From IMG/VR virus record IMGVR_UViG_3300025132_000026, positions 1 through 64,000 of that record: a stretch of 64,000 nucleotides of DNA, one strand, 5' to 3'. The first letter of the stretch is position 1, and every line of letters starts with the position of its first letter. The position numbers were made by a program, and so were the translations under genes. This stretch comes from a virus. The notes beneath the pieces were generated by a model. The model was not told the DNA's origin, did not search any database, and worked only from the letters and a program-made list of their open reading frames with translations. Positions 36,319 to 46,749 of this stretch are shown here, in pieces.

Positions 36319-37499
36319 ATATTAAGCTCCTTTAAGTCTAAATAATTTTTGCCGCATCTTAAGTTTACCATATATTGCGCCAATTTGTTGCTGGAGAAAA
36401 TAGATTTTATTTCTGCTAAGATTTCTCGCTCGTCATCTGCCAGATCTATTACAATCTCATCATGGACAATATGAGATATAAAAGACTTCTTATCTTTTAA
36501 GAATTTATCAATTACGGTTGCCCGTTCGAGAACCAAATCAGAAGTTGTGCTTTGAATCAAATAATTTAAGGCCCTTCTTTGTTCTACTTTGATTTTTCTA
36601 TTGAACGGCGTTGTAATATATTCCCCATCGTACCATTTTGCTAAAGCCTTCTCTTTGCTGTATAGTTCCGTGGATATTGCATCGGATGCTGGATCGTATA
36701 ACCACGCAAAAAATCTGGTCTTGCATTCGTCGCGGGTTATTTCTTGCTCAAAGAGATTAAGAGCGTTCCAATCATGAATATCTATATCTGGTTGTTCCTC
36801 GCCGGTGAGAGACAACAGAGTTCTAACTTCTGCCCCATTATAATCAAATGAAACAAACCACTCATTATGAGGTTTGATAATTTTTCTAAACTCCTTTTTC
36901 AAAGTCAAAATCGGAAAGGAATCTGGCATTGTTGTTAAGCGGCCGGTAATAGTGCCGAATAGGTTATAATCAATGTAGGTATCATCCGACAAAAGATTGC
37001 TCATTGTTTTTCGATGTGTAGACGTTAAAAACAAATTCTTGCAGTCTGATACATTTGTTTTCAATTTTTGGGATTTTATCTTCTGTAATAGAGAGTGAAC
37101 ATTTATGAGGTGTTCGTAGTTATCAGGCTTAGGATATTTTTCGAATACATGTGCTGATATCTCGTTTTTGGTCTCGCAGTATTTTTTTAAAAAATCTTGT
37201 GGCACCATATCAAAAAAACAATGTTCCCTCAAATTTATTTTTGCCAATTCAAAAGCTTTTAAGTACGCTCTGAGTTTTCTCGTCGACGAGTCTAATTTTT
37301 CCAATAAATTTTGGGGTGATGCATCTTGCAAAGACTTACCGCCAGAATATATCCAAGCTGATTGTACTTCTTTATCCGTGTCTATCGTAGTTATTTTCCA
37401 CGTGTGCGTCAAATCATCGGGCAAGTCCTCGAAAAATAGTTTTCCATCAGCATACACACCTATACACTCGGTTTTGTCATCTAAGGTTTGAAAAAGCAA
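36315..37499 (-). CDS. Minimal family A DNA polymerase-like protein
   Basis: TITGRLT, motif A FDYNGAEVR, motif B RDECKTRFFAWLY, ALNYLIQST, motif C VHDE. Confidence 0.85.
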   Translation of the reverse strand: MLFQTLDDKTECIGVYADGKLFFEDLPDDLTHTWKITTIDTDKEVQSAWIYSGGKSLQDASPQNLLEKLDSSTRKLRAYLKAFELAKINLREHCFFDMVPQDFLKKYCETKNEISAHVFEKYPKPDNYEHLINVHSLLQKIKSQKLKTNVSDCKNLFLTSTHRKTMSNLLSDDTYIDYNLFGTITGRLTTMPDSFPILTLKKEFRKIIKPHNEWFVSFDYNGAEVRTLLSLTGEEQPDIDIHDWNALNLFEQEITRDECKTRFFAWLYDPASDAISTELYSKEKALAKWYDGEYITTPFNRKIKVEQRRALNYLIQSTTSDLVLERATVIDKFLKDKKSFISHIVHDEIVIDLADDEREILAEIKSIFSSNKLAQYMVNLRCGKNYLDLKELNI

Positions 37500-37511
37500 G
37501 GTATCTCCAAA

Positions 37512-38828
37512 TTAAGACAGATCTATCTCTTCGTCGGGGGCAAGAATGCCGCGGCCAGCACCAGGTGAGCCAAACCGGCCAATTGAGGCGCCGTGTGACG
37601 CATTGCCGGTCGGATCCGGTCCAATTTTTTTAGTGTTTTCTTCATCCGCAAGCATTATCTTGGTATTATAATCCAATGAACCGTTATAGTCAAACGTTTT
37701 GTTAATAATTTTTTCAAAATACGACAAAGCAGCTGCTGGGCCTTGAGTATTGTATGCTTCTTTTGCCTCACTTGAAATAACAGCTATTTCACTTTCCGAT
37801 AGTTTAGCCTCCTCTTCCATCATTCTGATTTTCATATAAATCTCAAATAAAAATTGATCCGGAAATTCTTTTGCAAATTTTTGTGGACTATAGGCTACGC
37901 TTTTTCTGAATTTTGTTACTATTCTGCCGTCGCACTCTTCAAGTTCTTGATAAACATCTCTTCTAATTCTATTATACATTCTTGGAAGCTCTCTTAGGAG
38001 AAAATCAAAATATCTTGCATGAACAGAGATAAAGCGATTATTTAAAATCTGGTCTTCGGAGCGGAGGCCATACCTTTTTGAATAAACCTGCATTGGTGCT
38101 CCGGCAATGTCAGCAACTAGTCTCCAGGGCCTATGCATATCAACCATAAAACCATAATTATTGCAAGCATTTACATAGAAATTCCAATTGTTGCTATTGA
38201 TAAACTCGTTCATTTTTTCTTCGTCATTCGCATAGTCAGCAGTTGCTATCTCTATTGTAAGACCATTGGTATACACCGGGCAAAATCTAGATTTTATGAA
38301 CGCAGTCTTTGTGAACGGAAATTCTCTTACCAAAACTTCTAACATTCCCATAAAATGAGTCAAAAATTCCTGAAAATTTCTCACCATCAAATTTCTTTTT
38401 TTAAATTGTAGCTCAATGCGGCCTAAATAAGTTTTTAAATAATCTTTGTAAGCCTTGCTGTGAGAAACGTAGGCCTTGTGAACTTCTAAATTAGACAGAA
38501 AGGGATCGGTGTCATCTATTAGTCCGCTAGCGGCGCATTTTCTAAAATTAGCAGCCATAGCTTCAAAGGCGTCAACAACAAAATCTATTGCGCTCATTGG
38601 CCTTTCGGGGGCGTTAGTTGTATTAAATCTTTTGAGAATATTAGTGCTGCTAATATGTATCGGAACGTAAACCCGGCTTACTCTGCCATAAAGATATTTT
38701 TCTGCAAAATTAAAGTCGACCAGGTTTGTGTGATCCTGATTTCGATACAAATTGCCTCGATATATAACTCTTTTTTGGAAAAGATCTTTCGTTGATTCAT
38801 CATTCCCCTCTGCGAAAAGAAAAGACAT
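37512..38828 (-). CDS. Hypothetical protein (end of tail operon)
   Basis: 438 aa ORF, AGGAG RBS. Confidence 0.7.
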   Translation of the reverse strand: MSFLFAEGNDESTKDLFQKRVIYRGNLYRNQDHTNLVDFNFAEKYLYGRVSRVYVPIHISSTNILKRFNTTNAPERPMSAIDFVVDAFEAMAANFRKCAASGLIDDTDPFLSNLEVHKAYVSHSKAYKDYLKTYLGRIELQFKKRNLMVRNFQEFLTHFMGMLEVLVREFPFTKTAFIKSRFCPVYTNGLTIEIATADYANDEEKMNEFINSNNWNFYVNACNNYGFMVDMHRPWRLVADIAGAPMQVYSKRYGLRSEDQILNNRFISVHARYFDFLLRELPRMYNRIRRDVYQELEECDGRIVTKFRKSVAYSPQKFAKEFPDQFLFEIYMKIRMMEEEAKLSESEIAVISSEAKEAYNTQGPAAALSYFEKIINKTFDYNGSLDYNTKIMLADEENTKKIGPDPTGNASHGASIGRFGSPGAGRGILAPDEEIDLS

Positions 38829-38851
38829 GTTTTAGGATCTCCTTGTTTTAA

Positions 38852-41800
38852 TTAGGGGCTTTCTCCAGAATCTTCTGTTGGAGGTGCACCAACATTATCC
38901 GTCGCATCGCCCATAGCATTACTGATGGCGCCCATTATTTTGTCAAGCAAGCCTCCACCGGATGCAGCGGACTTTCTTCCTCCGTGTCTTGCCTTGCATT
39001 TTTTAGCTTTTTCTGTGCCACCTTGCTGGTTGTCGCCGCCTTTTTGTCGACATTCTTCTTCATAATCAATTTGTGCCACCCACTTGGCGTGTATCGTAGA
39101 TTCGGCGCGGCCGGTTCCAAAACTGTGTTCTGATTTCCAAATCATATGATAGCCTCCGATTCCATATTTTGTTAAATCTGATATAGAATCATCCAGAACT
39201 GTCATATCTGGAGCAAAGCCTCTCGGATCTAGAAAAATATATGTGCCTGGGAATGTGTGCACATTGGCGTAGGTTTTAATTTTTATATTATAGACTTCTC
39301 TTAACTGTTCCAGATCGTCATAGCCCTCTTGCATAAATCTGGTTTCTTTGAGGCCCGGCGTGTTGGTCCGCTCCAGATCTACGGTTTTAACTATTCCGTG
39401 TGGTTTACCTAAAATATAATGAAATATGCCTCTTTGCTCATCAAATTGTCTTTCACCTTTCATAAGTTCCGTTGGCTGTGTGCGGCCGGCGAAATAAATC
39501 AAAAAATTTGTTTCTTTTTCTACTCCACCATCTTTAATTGGTGTCCTGCTGACACCAGAGGTGTTGAGTATTGGTTGCTTATTTGCTTCTACTATGTTTA
39601 TTGGCAATCTTGATAGTCTTTTTTCGCCCTTTGGATCCAATTCGTTCGATATGCTTCTTATAAGTGCTGTGAATTCGTCTAGCTCGCCATCCTTGTAAGA
39701 AGTAACGGAAGCCTGATTTAATCGGGTTCTCTGGCGACTTTCTGTTGAAAAACAGTCATCATTGTTTAGAAATTCTCTGAGTAAGTTGTTAAATAAGTCG
39801 TTTAAAAATTTGGGAAGAGGGTATACGACTTGATCTCTTTTAAGTGTTTGGCCAGTTAACCAGGACATGAAATACTTTAAGGATATTGGGACATCCCCAA
39901 AATTAACAAATGTGCTCGCCTGATCTGGCCTAATAATCTCCAATGGGCCCATTAATACTCTGAATTTTTTAAACTGCTGGTGGAAGGCTTTATACTTGTC
40001 GACCTCTCTTTGCACATCGGAACCACTTACATTTTTGTCAGCCGCAAGTCTAGCTAGTCTTTTTGGGAGTCTTTCTAAGTTTCTTTCTATTGACGCCAAT
40101 ATAACATCGATCAAATCACTTACATAGAAATATGCGATATTTTGGCTTTTTATGTTCGCCAAAGCGGTATCAACCTCTAGTTTTATTTCTTTCACAGACG
40201 CGTCTTTTGTTTTCTTTGGATCAAGCGCAGAGCCCAACGCATCATCAAGTTTTTTACTCAGGTTTTTTGTGTTTCCAGCATCTTCGTGAATTTTAAGCTT
40301 TTTGCCTTCTTTAAAATATGGGCCCGCTTTTTTAAAAGACGCTATGTCATTTTCATTCATCGTTATATAATAAATGCGGCCGGTTGCCATCATTGTTGTT
40401 ATAAAAGTTGATAGGGATTCCTTTTTTTCTCTCTCAATCGTCCCATCTCCAAGTAACTTCTTTTTATCGGCGGCTATTCTCTCTGCTCCGCAGTCGTCTT
40501 CATCTGTCCAGTAATTATATTTTAATTTTCTATGGATTTGTTGCTCTGTAATTTTCGTGTTTGTGAAAACATTGAAATTTGGTTGATCAAAAAAGTCTTC
40601 AACGTAAGCTAAATATTTGATCGTAAAATTTACTCTACCTTGTTGATCAAAATTAAATTCGTGGGTAGTCGGTGTTAAATTCAGCGTTATAAACGAATCG
40701 TTTAGAGCATCAAAAACCGCTGAACCTATTGTGGTCCTGTCACCGGGCATAGCCCACCCCACAAGCGCTTTTAGTCTAAAATTCAGCTTTCTCAAATTTG
40801 CATCGATTTCATCATCAGATGGACATTTTGGGTTTGCCTTATTTACACTGTCTTCTCCGTCTGCGGTTGCGGCTGCTTTTATTTTTTTGCCGCCGGTCTT
40901 CATTGCAAGATCCACATACTTGAAGCCCCTATGGTCCTCCAAAAGCTCTTGAAAGCTATTCGCGAATATAGTCAATTCTGCCGAAATACTCTTTTTGGCC
41001 GCAAACGGGTTGTTTCCGTCATAAGTAAATTTAAAATCTTTTATTCCGACCCCGAAGCCTCTACGTTTCTTTTCTTTAAAGATGTTTTCAACATCTCGGC
41101 CCGAAGCATAAGAATCAAAAAATATTCTTTGCTGTTCCTCGGTTCCATTTTTGTTTCTGATAATCTTATATAATTTTATCATCGGCTGGAGGTTTGATAT
41201 CTCGTCCGTTTTCATGTTAAAAAACGCGCTTTGATTTGGATGTTGGGTTAGCCTGTTCAAGAAGCCATAGGGATCACCATCAGCCATCAAGCAGGCATTA
41301 ACATTTCCAAACCCAGAGGTACCTACGTCATATGGCAAACCTTTAGGGTTCTTTTTTTCTATTACAAGCTTTTTGTAATCGGATAATTCGTCTATTTTCG
41401 CCAACAAAAAGCACTGATGCCTGAAAACATACCTTTCTGCGTAATCACCCTTCAATTGAGATGGGAAAAGCTTGTCGAAGGCTTTTGCCGCAGCATCTGC
41501 CTCGGCATATTTGTTCTTAAGCTCTTCATCGCTCATGAGGCCCATTTTGTTTAGCCAATAATCTCCAGTTCGTTCCATCATACCGCCAAGATCAGTATGT
41601 TGAATAGCTGCCGTGCACGCGTCTCTGGCCAATTGGAATTCTTTTACTAATTCGACTATTTGGGTTGACAAACCGAGAGGGCTATTGGGATCCGCAACAG
41701 TCGCGCCATCGGATATCTCATCTTTTAAAAAATTTTGCCAGATTGCTGAATTTTCTTTACACCAAGCTACTACTTCGGAGTCTCTTACTTGGCCAGGTTT

Positions 41801-42292
41801 ACCGCCAGATAATGTACGCATTTGATTTAGATAAACTAAGGCTTTTGGAGGTAATTTTAGAAAGTCTTGCTCCTGATCTGGTCCAGCATTCTCGTATACG
41901 AGGTCTATTTGTTCAATAAATGCCTTACTTTGGCTGGCCATAAGCATCGACATCCAGTCGGATAAGAGATAATCCATCTCTTGCATTTTAGCTTCAACGT
42001 TGCCTTTTCCATCACCATCGCTTTTTTCTTCTGCAAGCTTGCCAAATTGTTCATCTAGCTTTCTAACTGCATCGTTGTAGTTGTTTGTTATTTTATATTT
42101 AACTTGGGGCCCACGAACACGGGAATCGCCTTCAATTTCAGCATTATACTTAGCTATTTTTTCATCTAGTTTCCTTAGTGAATCTTTTAATGGGTCAATT
42201 AGCGCTTTTACTTTTGGATAAATTTCCTCTGCTAATAACTCAACCTCTTCAACACAAACATGTTCTTTCCCGGTGCTTACATCTTTTGACAT
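38852..42292 (-). CDS. Large baseplate hub-like protein
   Basis: Position after LysM-like gene; C-terminal TFPGTYIFL...GIGGYHMI..SEHSF pattern of hub proteins. Confidence 0.55.
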   Translation of the reverse strand: MSKDVSTGKEHVCVEEVELLAEEIYPKVKALIDPLKDSLRKLDEKIAKYNAEIEGDSRVRGPQVKYKITNNYNDAVRKLDEQFGKLAEEKSDGDGKGNVEAKMQEMDYLLSDWMSMLMASQSKAFIEQIDLVYENAGPDQEQDFLKLPPKALVYLNQMRTLSGGKPGQVRDSEVVAWCKENSAIWQNFLKDEISDGATVADPNSPLGLSTQIVELVKEFQLARDACTAAIQHTDLGGMMERTGDYWLNKMGLMSDEELKNKYAEADAAAKAFDKLFPSQLKGDYAERYVFRHQCFLLAKIDELSDYKKLVIEKKNPKGLPYDVGTSGFGNVNACLMADGDPYGFLNRLTQHPNQSAFFNMKTDEISNLQPMIKLYKIIRNKNGTEEQQRIFFDSYASGRDVENIFKEKKRRGFGVGIKDFKFTYDGNNPFAAKKSISAELTIFANSFQELLEDHRGFKYVDLAMKTGGKKIKAAATADGEDSVNKANPKCPSDDEIDANLRKLNFRLKALVGWAMPGDRTTIGSAVFDALNDSFITLNLTPTTHEFNFDQQGRVNFTIKYLAYVEDFFDQPNFNVFTNTKITEQQIHRKLKYNYWTDEDDCGAERIAADKKKLLGDGTIEREKKESLSTFITTMMATGRIYYITMNENDIASFKKAGPYFKEGKKLKIHEDAGNTKNLSKKLDDALGSALDPKKTKDASVKEIKLEVDTALANIKSQNIAYFYVSDLIDVILASIERNLERLPKRLARLAADKNVSGSDVQREVDKYKAFHQQFKKFRVLMGPLEIIRPDQASTFVNFGDVPISLKYFMSWLTGQTLKRDQVVYPLPKFLNDLFNNLLREFLNNDDCFSTESRQRTRLNQASVTSYKDGELDEFTALIRSISNELDPKGEKRLSRLPINIVEANKQPILNTSGVSRTPIKDGGVEKETNFLIYFAGRTQPTELMKGERQFDEQRGIFHYILGKPHGIVKTVDLERTNTPGLKETRFMQEGYDDLEQLREVYNIKIKTYANVHTFPGTYIFLDPRGFAPDMTVLDDSISDLTKYGIGGYHMIWKSEHSFGTGRAESTIHAKWVAQIDYEEECRQKGGDNQQGGTEKAKKCKARHGGRKSAASGGGLLDKIMGAISNAMGDATDNVGAPPTEDSGESP

Positions 42293-42630
42293 TAATATGC
42301 TCCTAATACATTCAGCGCATTTTCAATATTTACTGGTATTTGTATTATGTCTCCCGGCTTCATATGAGCCTCTGTGGGGGCTGCATTCCATTGCGCAATC
42401 ACCCACCAATACCTAACGTCTCCGTAAAATTTGTGTGCCAAATTATAATACCGATCTCCGAGTGTCCAAATGTGAGAAGTTGTCACTATTGAAGCACGGT
42501 CGGCGATTCCGGGGGTATATACCACGGGCGTTTCATAGTGCCTTATTGTTTTAAGTTTTCTTTTCTTGCGTAAGCTTTCATAATACTCACTAGAATTATT
42601 CAATATTCTTTTTTTACTATATCTTGGCAT
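42292..42630 (-). CDS. Baseplate wedge LysM/gp53-like protein
   Basis: GDRYYNLAHKFYGDVRYWWVIA..N...PGDIIQIP. Confidence 0.8.
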   Translation of the reverse strand: MPRYSKKRILNNSSEYYESLRKKRKLKTIRHYETPVVYTPGIADRASIVTTSHIWTLGDRYYNLAHKFYGDVRYWWVIAQWNAAPTEAHMKPGDIIQIPVNIENALNVLGAY

Positions 42631-42632
42631 TT

Positions 42633-43772
42633 TTAACCTTTATCCTCCCCGGTTGCGATTCCCTCAAGGTATCTTCTTTCGGCTTCAGTGTACTTGCTTT
42701 TCCCCGTGCCTTTTCCAGCATGTTTTGCATCATATTCATTTGCGTTTTGCAGTTTATTTCTTGCTTTTTGGGCACTAGGGGCCCCAGTAAAGATGTTTCT
42801 AAATTTCGACTGGGCCGCTTCATATTCTGCTTGTGCTTTTGCGGCATCTCTCTTATCTTGTTCAACCTTTTCAATTATCTGATCAAAGCTCATTCCAGGA
42901 TTTTCTTGAGTTGCTTTCTTGAAAGGATCCTGCATTGCAACACCATACGGGAAAAATTCGTTTGAAAAGTTGCTTTCTTCGTCCCATCCGAGTGCGTGCT
43001 CATGAATTACATCATAATCAAAGCTAATATTTATCAATTTTGGAAGTATTGTATTCGAAGCTTTGATATACGCACCTTTGCTATCTATGTTATGTTCTAT
43101 GGTTAGATTTTTTAAAATGCCCAACAGACCTTGCGATGATGCAGCATCGGATGCATATCCTTGGAAAAGCTCAAAAGGCTTCTTCTCTAGGTCTATATCT
43201 CCGTTCTGTGCTTTTTGCGCTAGGTTCATTACTTTTAGTCTAAGAAGCGGTGATTGTGATATCGTTTGAGCTTCTAAGTCGGGCTGACCCGTCACGGGAT
43301 TTGTTAATTTAGTATAATTTGGATATAAAAACTGCGCTAGTTTTTGCACTTTTCCTAGATTCTCATATGCTTCTTGTTGTGTGGCTGATGGGATTGCAAT
43401 TCTAAGTGAAAATGAGCGTGTTGTGTTTTCATAAATGTAAACAGGATCTGCGCGGCCATACAAATGCTCTGATTTCCAATTTGGATTAAAGTTTTCTACA
43501 AAGTTTTCAATAAATGCTTTGAAAAATATTGATCTACCGCTTGGAACGTGCTGAAGGGATACAAAAGTTTTTCGAAGGTTTGCAAACGCATCAGATCCGT
43601 CGAAATACCGGAGCATTTTCTGCCCATCGGATCCCGGGGCTGCAAATGGATCATCTAATTTTTCTCCAACCTCAACAGCGCCGTCTTCGGTGTATTTTGT
43701 AGTATCAAAAGTACCGTTAAAATAATCATGCAGTGTACTAGCATCATTTTTATTGGTTTTGTCTCCAGCCAT
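42633..43772 (-). CDS. Tail tube initiator / baseplate junction-like protein
   Basis: W.....GRADPVYIYENTTRSFSL, YP.Y, PLLRL, LPK; located after tape measure. Confidence 0.65.
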   Translation of the reverse strand: MAGDKTNKNDASTLHDYFNGTFDTTKYTEDGAVEVGEKLDDPFAAPGSDGQKMLRYFDGSDAFANLRKTFVSLQHVPSGRSIFFKAFIENFVENFNPNWKSEHLYGRADPVYIYENTTRSFSLRIAIPSATQQEAYENLGKVQKLAQFLYPNYTKLTNPVTGQPDLEAQTISQSPLLRLKVMNLAQKAQNGDIDLEKKPFELFQGYASDAASSQGLLGILKNLTIEHNIDSKGAYIKASNTILPKLINISFDYDVIHEHALGWDEESNFSNEFFPYGVAMQDPFKKATQENPGMSFDQIIEKVEQDKRDAAKAQAEYEAAQSKFRNIFTGAPSAQKARNKLQNANEYDAKHAGKGTGKSKYTEAERRYLEGIATGEDKG

Positions 43773-43776
43773 TTGA

Positions 43777-46437
43777 TTATCCTCCTCCTATTCCCATTAT
43801 TGCATTTTTGGCTTTTCCTGCTAGCAACTGAACTGTGCTTGAGCCAACGGTGCTTCCGTCCATCTCTACGTTTATTGTTACATTATACGGGCGCTCATTT
43901 GCTTGTTGCGCTGGTGCTGCAGCCGTTGTGGCGCCTCCAGACGCCATTGTAGCTGACGTTCCGGCAGTTGCGGCTGCCGCAGCAGCAGCAGGCGCTGTAG
44001 CCCTTACTGTGGGTGCCTCAATCTGCACTTTATCCATAACGGCTGTCCAAGCAATCACTTTGACAAGCGGAACCTTATCCATTGCTGCTTGTATCTTCTC
44101 AAACTCTTTCGTAAAATTTTCTAAAGCTGTCGTATCGATTGTTCCGGTTGATTTGAACATCGCGGTCATTGCGTTTGCTGCGCCCTCAATTGCCGCACCT
44201 ACCACATAAAATGCCGTGGCCAGACTCAAGACGCCTGCGGCAAGCAAACCTATTCCTATCGCACCAACCTTACCAGACGCGGCAAGCGCTACAACTGCTC
44301 CAGCTAAAGCTATTGCTCCGCCGGCTAATGCGTATAACATGCTAGCTGGGGCCCTATCCCAGTGGTTCACCAGTGTACCGAATGCGTCTGCTGCCATTTG
44401 GGCACCATAGCCCATCGCTAGCAGGGCGGCGCCAAACGCTAGTACGGCGAGGACAGCCACTCCGCCAGTTTTAACAGCCAACACTGTAAGTGTGACAAAC
44501 AGACCCAGTACAGTCGCTCCCATGATGGCCAGTGTTGTATTTAAGTCTTTTGTTTGGGGGCCTAATTTAATAAGCGAATCGGCAATATTATCTATAGCCA
44601 TAGATGCAAGATAAAACGCACCGCCAAGAGCTACCGCAGCCAAAGCAAAACCAGCAAAGCTAACGCTGTTTTTCTTTACAATAACTCCCATTACCGTCAT
44701 CGCAGCCATCAATGCCGTAGCTGCCCCAACGAACTTCCACATACCATCAATAAAGTTAGACGCATATTGCTTTTCGTATAGAATGTAAGCAACTAGGCCC
44801 AAGGCTGCAGCAAAGGCCAAAAATTTAAGATTGGTGACCGCTTGTACTACATTGAATGCCATCATTAATCCCTTATATGCCATAAGAGACTGTAAAATCG
44901 GAGTAATGACTTTTTGGTTTTCTTGTAATAGTTCTACAAAGCTCCTAAGACCGTCAATTAAAGGCGTTAGCACAGGGGTAGCAGCAGCTATCAATCCATT
45001 GAATTGCTCCTGAAGAGACTGCACAGCTTGTGCCTGTTTCGCCATAGCTTCATAGTCGTCACTTGTTTTATTTAGGTTACTGCTCATTTCCTCGGTGTTG
45101 CCGGACATAACTTGCGCAAGTTCCGCGACTGAACTAAGACCAAGCGACTCAGCATACATTTTTCTTTGGTAATACGACATGTTATCGAATTCTAAACCAG
45201 CGTCTGAAAGCGCATCGCGAATCATTCCAAATCGTGCGGCAGGATCCGTTTCCATCATCATATCCATAGCATTGACAAAGTTTCCACCCAACATTGCATT
45301 CAGTCTTCCTGACATCTCCGCGGCTTTGTCGAATGTATCAAATTGATCAGTAATCTTCAGCAATTTTTCAACTTCCATACCTGTGACCTTGGCTGCGATT
45401 GCCAAGTCTTTAAATGCTCGGGGGCCGTTGGTACCAAGTTTCGCTAATTCTCCGCCAACCTTGCCATAATCTGCCACCATCTTCTCTGGTGCAACTCCAA
45501 TATCTTTTGCCATGGCGACCATTGAGCGAGCAGTGTCAGCTGACTGTTCTGCGTTTTGACCCATTGCTTTTGTGGTCAGCTGTATAGCAGCCGCATAGCT
45601 CTTGTTGCTTACTCCGAGTTTTTCAAGTAAAATTCCAGTTTCACCAACAGATTCTCGCTGATCCTTAGAGAGCATTGTGAAATCAGTAAATGTCGCTCTG
45701 AGTTCCGTGTATGCACTATTGACTTCGGCTGCGGTTGTTCCTAATTGTCTTGTTGCTTCGTATGAGTTTGTTAGCGAACGTGCAAACTCTTCGTTTGCAC
45801 CCGTTGTTTTCATAAAAGCGTTTTCCATATCATAAAGCATAAATGGCATTTTTATGAAATTATTAATCATTGCCGCACCAACACCAAGCGCTGCTTTGTG
45901 GAGGGCGCCGAATGGATCACGTGCAGCTTCTATTGTCTTGGTAAGCGTAGCAATAGAGGGTGCGAACTTAGACTCTATGACATTGAATGTATTATTTATA
46001 TGGTCTTTATGTGTGGACAGTAAATCCGATCTTTTTTGAGCTTGTTTGTTGCTTTTCTTTTGTTCTTTGATCTGCTTTTTAAGAAGCTCTACCTCTTTCT
46101 CAAGTTTTTTGACATCATCTTTGCCGAGATTTTTTTTCTTGAAAAGATCTTCGTTTTGCTTTTCTATCTGCTGGCTTTGATTTTTTAGTAATTCAGTTTT
46201 TTGTTTATTGAATAAGTTGTCGCCTTTTGCAGCGCGATTTCTTTTTTCGTAGGCTCCGACCATTTTTGTGACCGCTTCTTCTTCTTGCTTAAGCTGATCT
46301 AAATTAGTAGGATCACCGGCGGCGCCAGTGCCACCACCATCTCCAGAATCGGCGCCACCCTCCATTTGTTCTCTGAGTTTGACAATTTCTTCTGTTAATT
46401 GTTGTAATTCCGCTTTAAGCTCGTCGCTGGTCGCCAT
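43777..46437 (-). CDS. Tape measure protein
   Basis: 886 aa helical Ala-rich protein with hydrophobic block, downstream of tube and chaperones. Confidence 0.85.
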   Translation of the reverse strand: MATSDELKAELQQLTEEIVKLREQMEGGADSGDGGGTGAAGDPTNLDQLKQEEEAVTKMVGAYEKRNRAAKGDNLFNKQKTELLKNQSQQIEKQNEDLFKKKNLGKDDVKKLEKEVELLKKQIKEQKKSNKQAQKRSDLLSTHKDHINNTFNVIESKFAPSIATLTKTIEAARDPFGALHKAALGVGAAMINNFIKMPFMLYDMENAFMKTTGANEEFARSLTNSYEATRQLGTTAAEVNSAYTELRATFTDFTMLSKDQRESVGETGILLEKLGVSNKSYAAAIQLTTKAMGQNAEQSADTARSMVAMAKDIGVAPEKMVADYGKVGGELAKLGTNGPRAFKDLAIAAKVTGMEVEKLLKITDQFDTFDKAAEMSGRLNAMLGGNFVNAMDMMMETDPAARFGMIRDALSDAGLEFDNMSYYQRKMYAESLGLSSVAELAQVMSGNTEEMSSNLNKTSDDYEAMAKQAQAVQSLQEQFNGLIAAATPVLTPLIDGLRSFVELLQENQKVITPILQSLMAYKGLMMAFNVVQAVTNLKFLAFAAALGLVAYILYEKQYASNFIDGMWKFVGAATALMAAMTVMGVIVKKNSVSFAGFALAAVALGGAFYLASMAIDNIADSLIKLGPQTKDLNTTLAIMGATVLGLFVTLTVLAVKTGGVAVLAVLAFGAALLAMGYGAQMAADAFGTLVNHWDRAPASMLYALAGGAIALAGAVVALAASGKVGAIGIGLLAAGVLSLATAFYVVGAAIEGAANAMTAMFKSTGTIDTTALENFTKEFEKIQAAMDKVPLVKVIAWTAVMDKVQIEAPTVRATAPAAAAAAATAGTSATMASGGATTAAAPAQQANERPYNVTINVEMDGSTVGSSTVQLLAGKAKNAIMGIGGG

Positions 46438-46476
46438 GCATAAAGTTCCTTAATCGCTAATGTAATTAGTTTAGTC

Positions 46477-46501
46477 AAAAAAAAGACGGGTTATCCCCGT
46501 C
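46477..46501 (-). terminator. Intrinsic terminator
   Basis: GACGGG/CCCGTC stem + T8. Confidence 0.75.
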
Positions 46502-46508
46502 CTTATCC

Positions 46509-46745
46509 TTAGCCTAATCCAGTGGGCATCGCCGGCTGGTTATGTGCGCTCAAAGTTTGAGTCCTGCTTCCACCTCTGCCGTTGCCTTTGCTAGCCTTCT
46601 CTATTGCTTCTTTTTCATCTTCTAGTTGCTTAACTAAACGCTTTACAAACCAGTTTCTGAGCCCAACAGGAAGATTGTATGCTTCTGAAAATGACCATCC
46701 GCCAGAATATTTTAAAAAGAAAAACTGTTCATATATGTTTTCCAT
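46509..46745 (-). CDS. Tail assembly chaperone, downstream part (probably reached by frameshift)
   Basis: GGWSFSEAYNLPV.LR motif; frame open upstream through T7 run; weak RBS. Confidence 0.65.
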   Translation of the reverse strand: MENIYEQFFFLKYSGGWSFSEAYNLPVGLRNWFVKRLVKQLEDEKEAIEKASKGNGRGGSRTQTLSAHNQPAMPTGLG

Positions 46746-46749
46746 ATAC

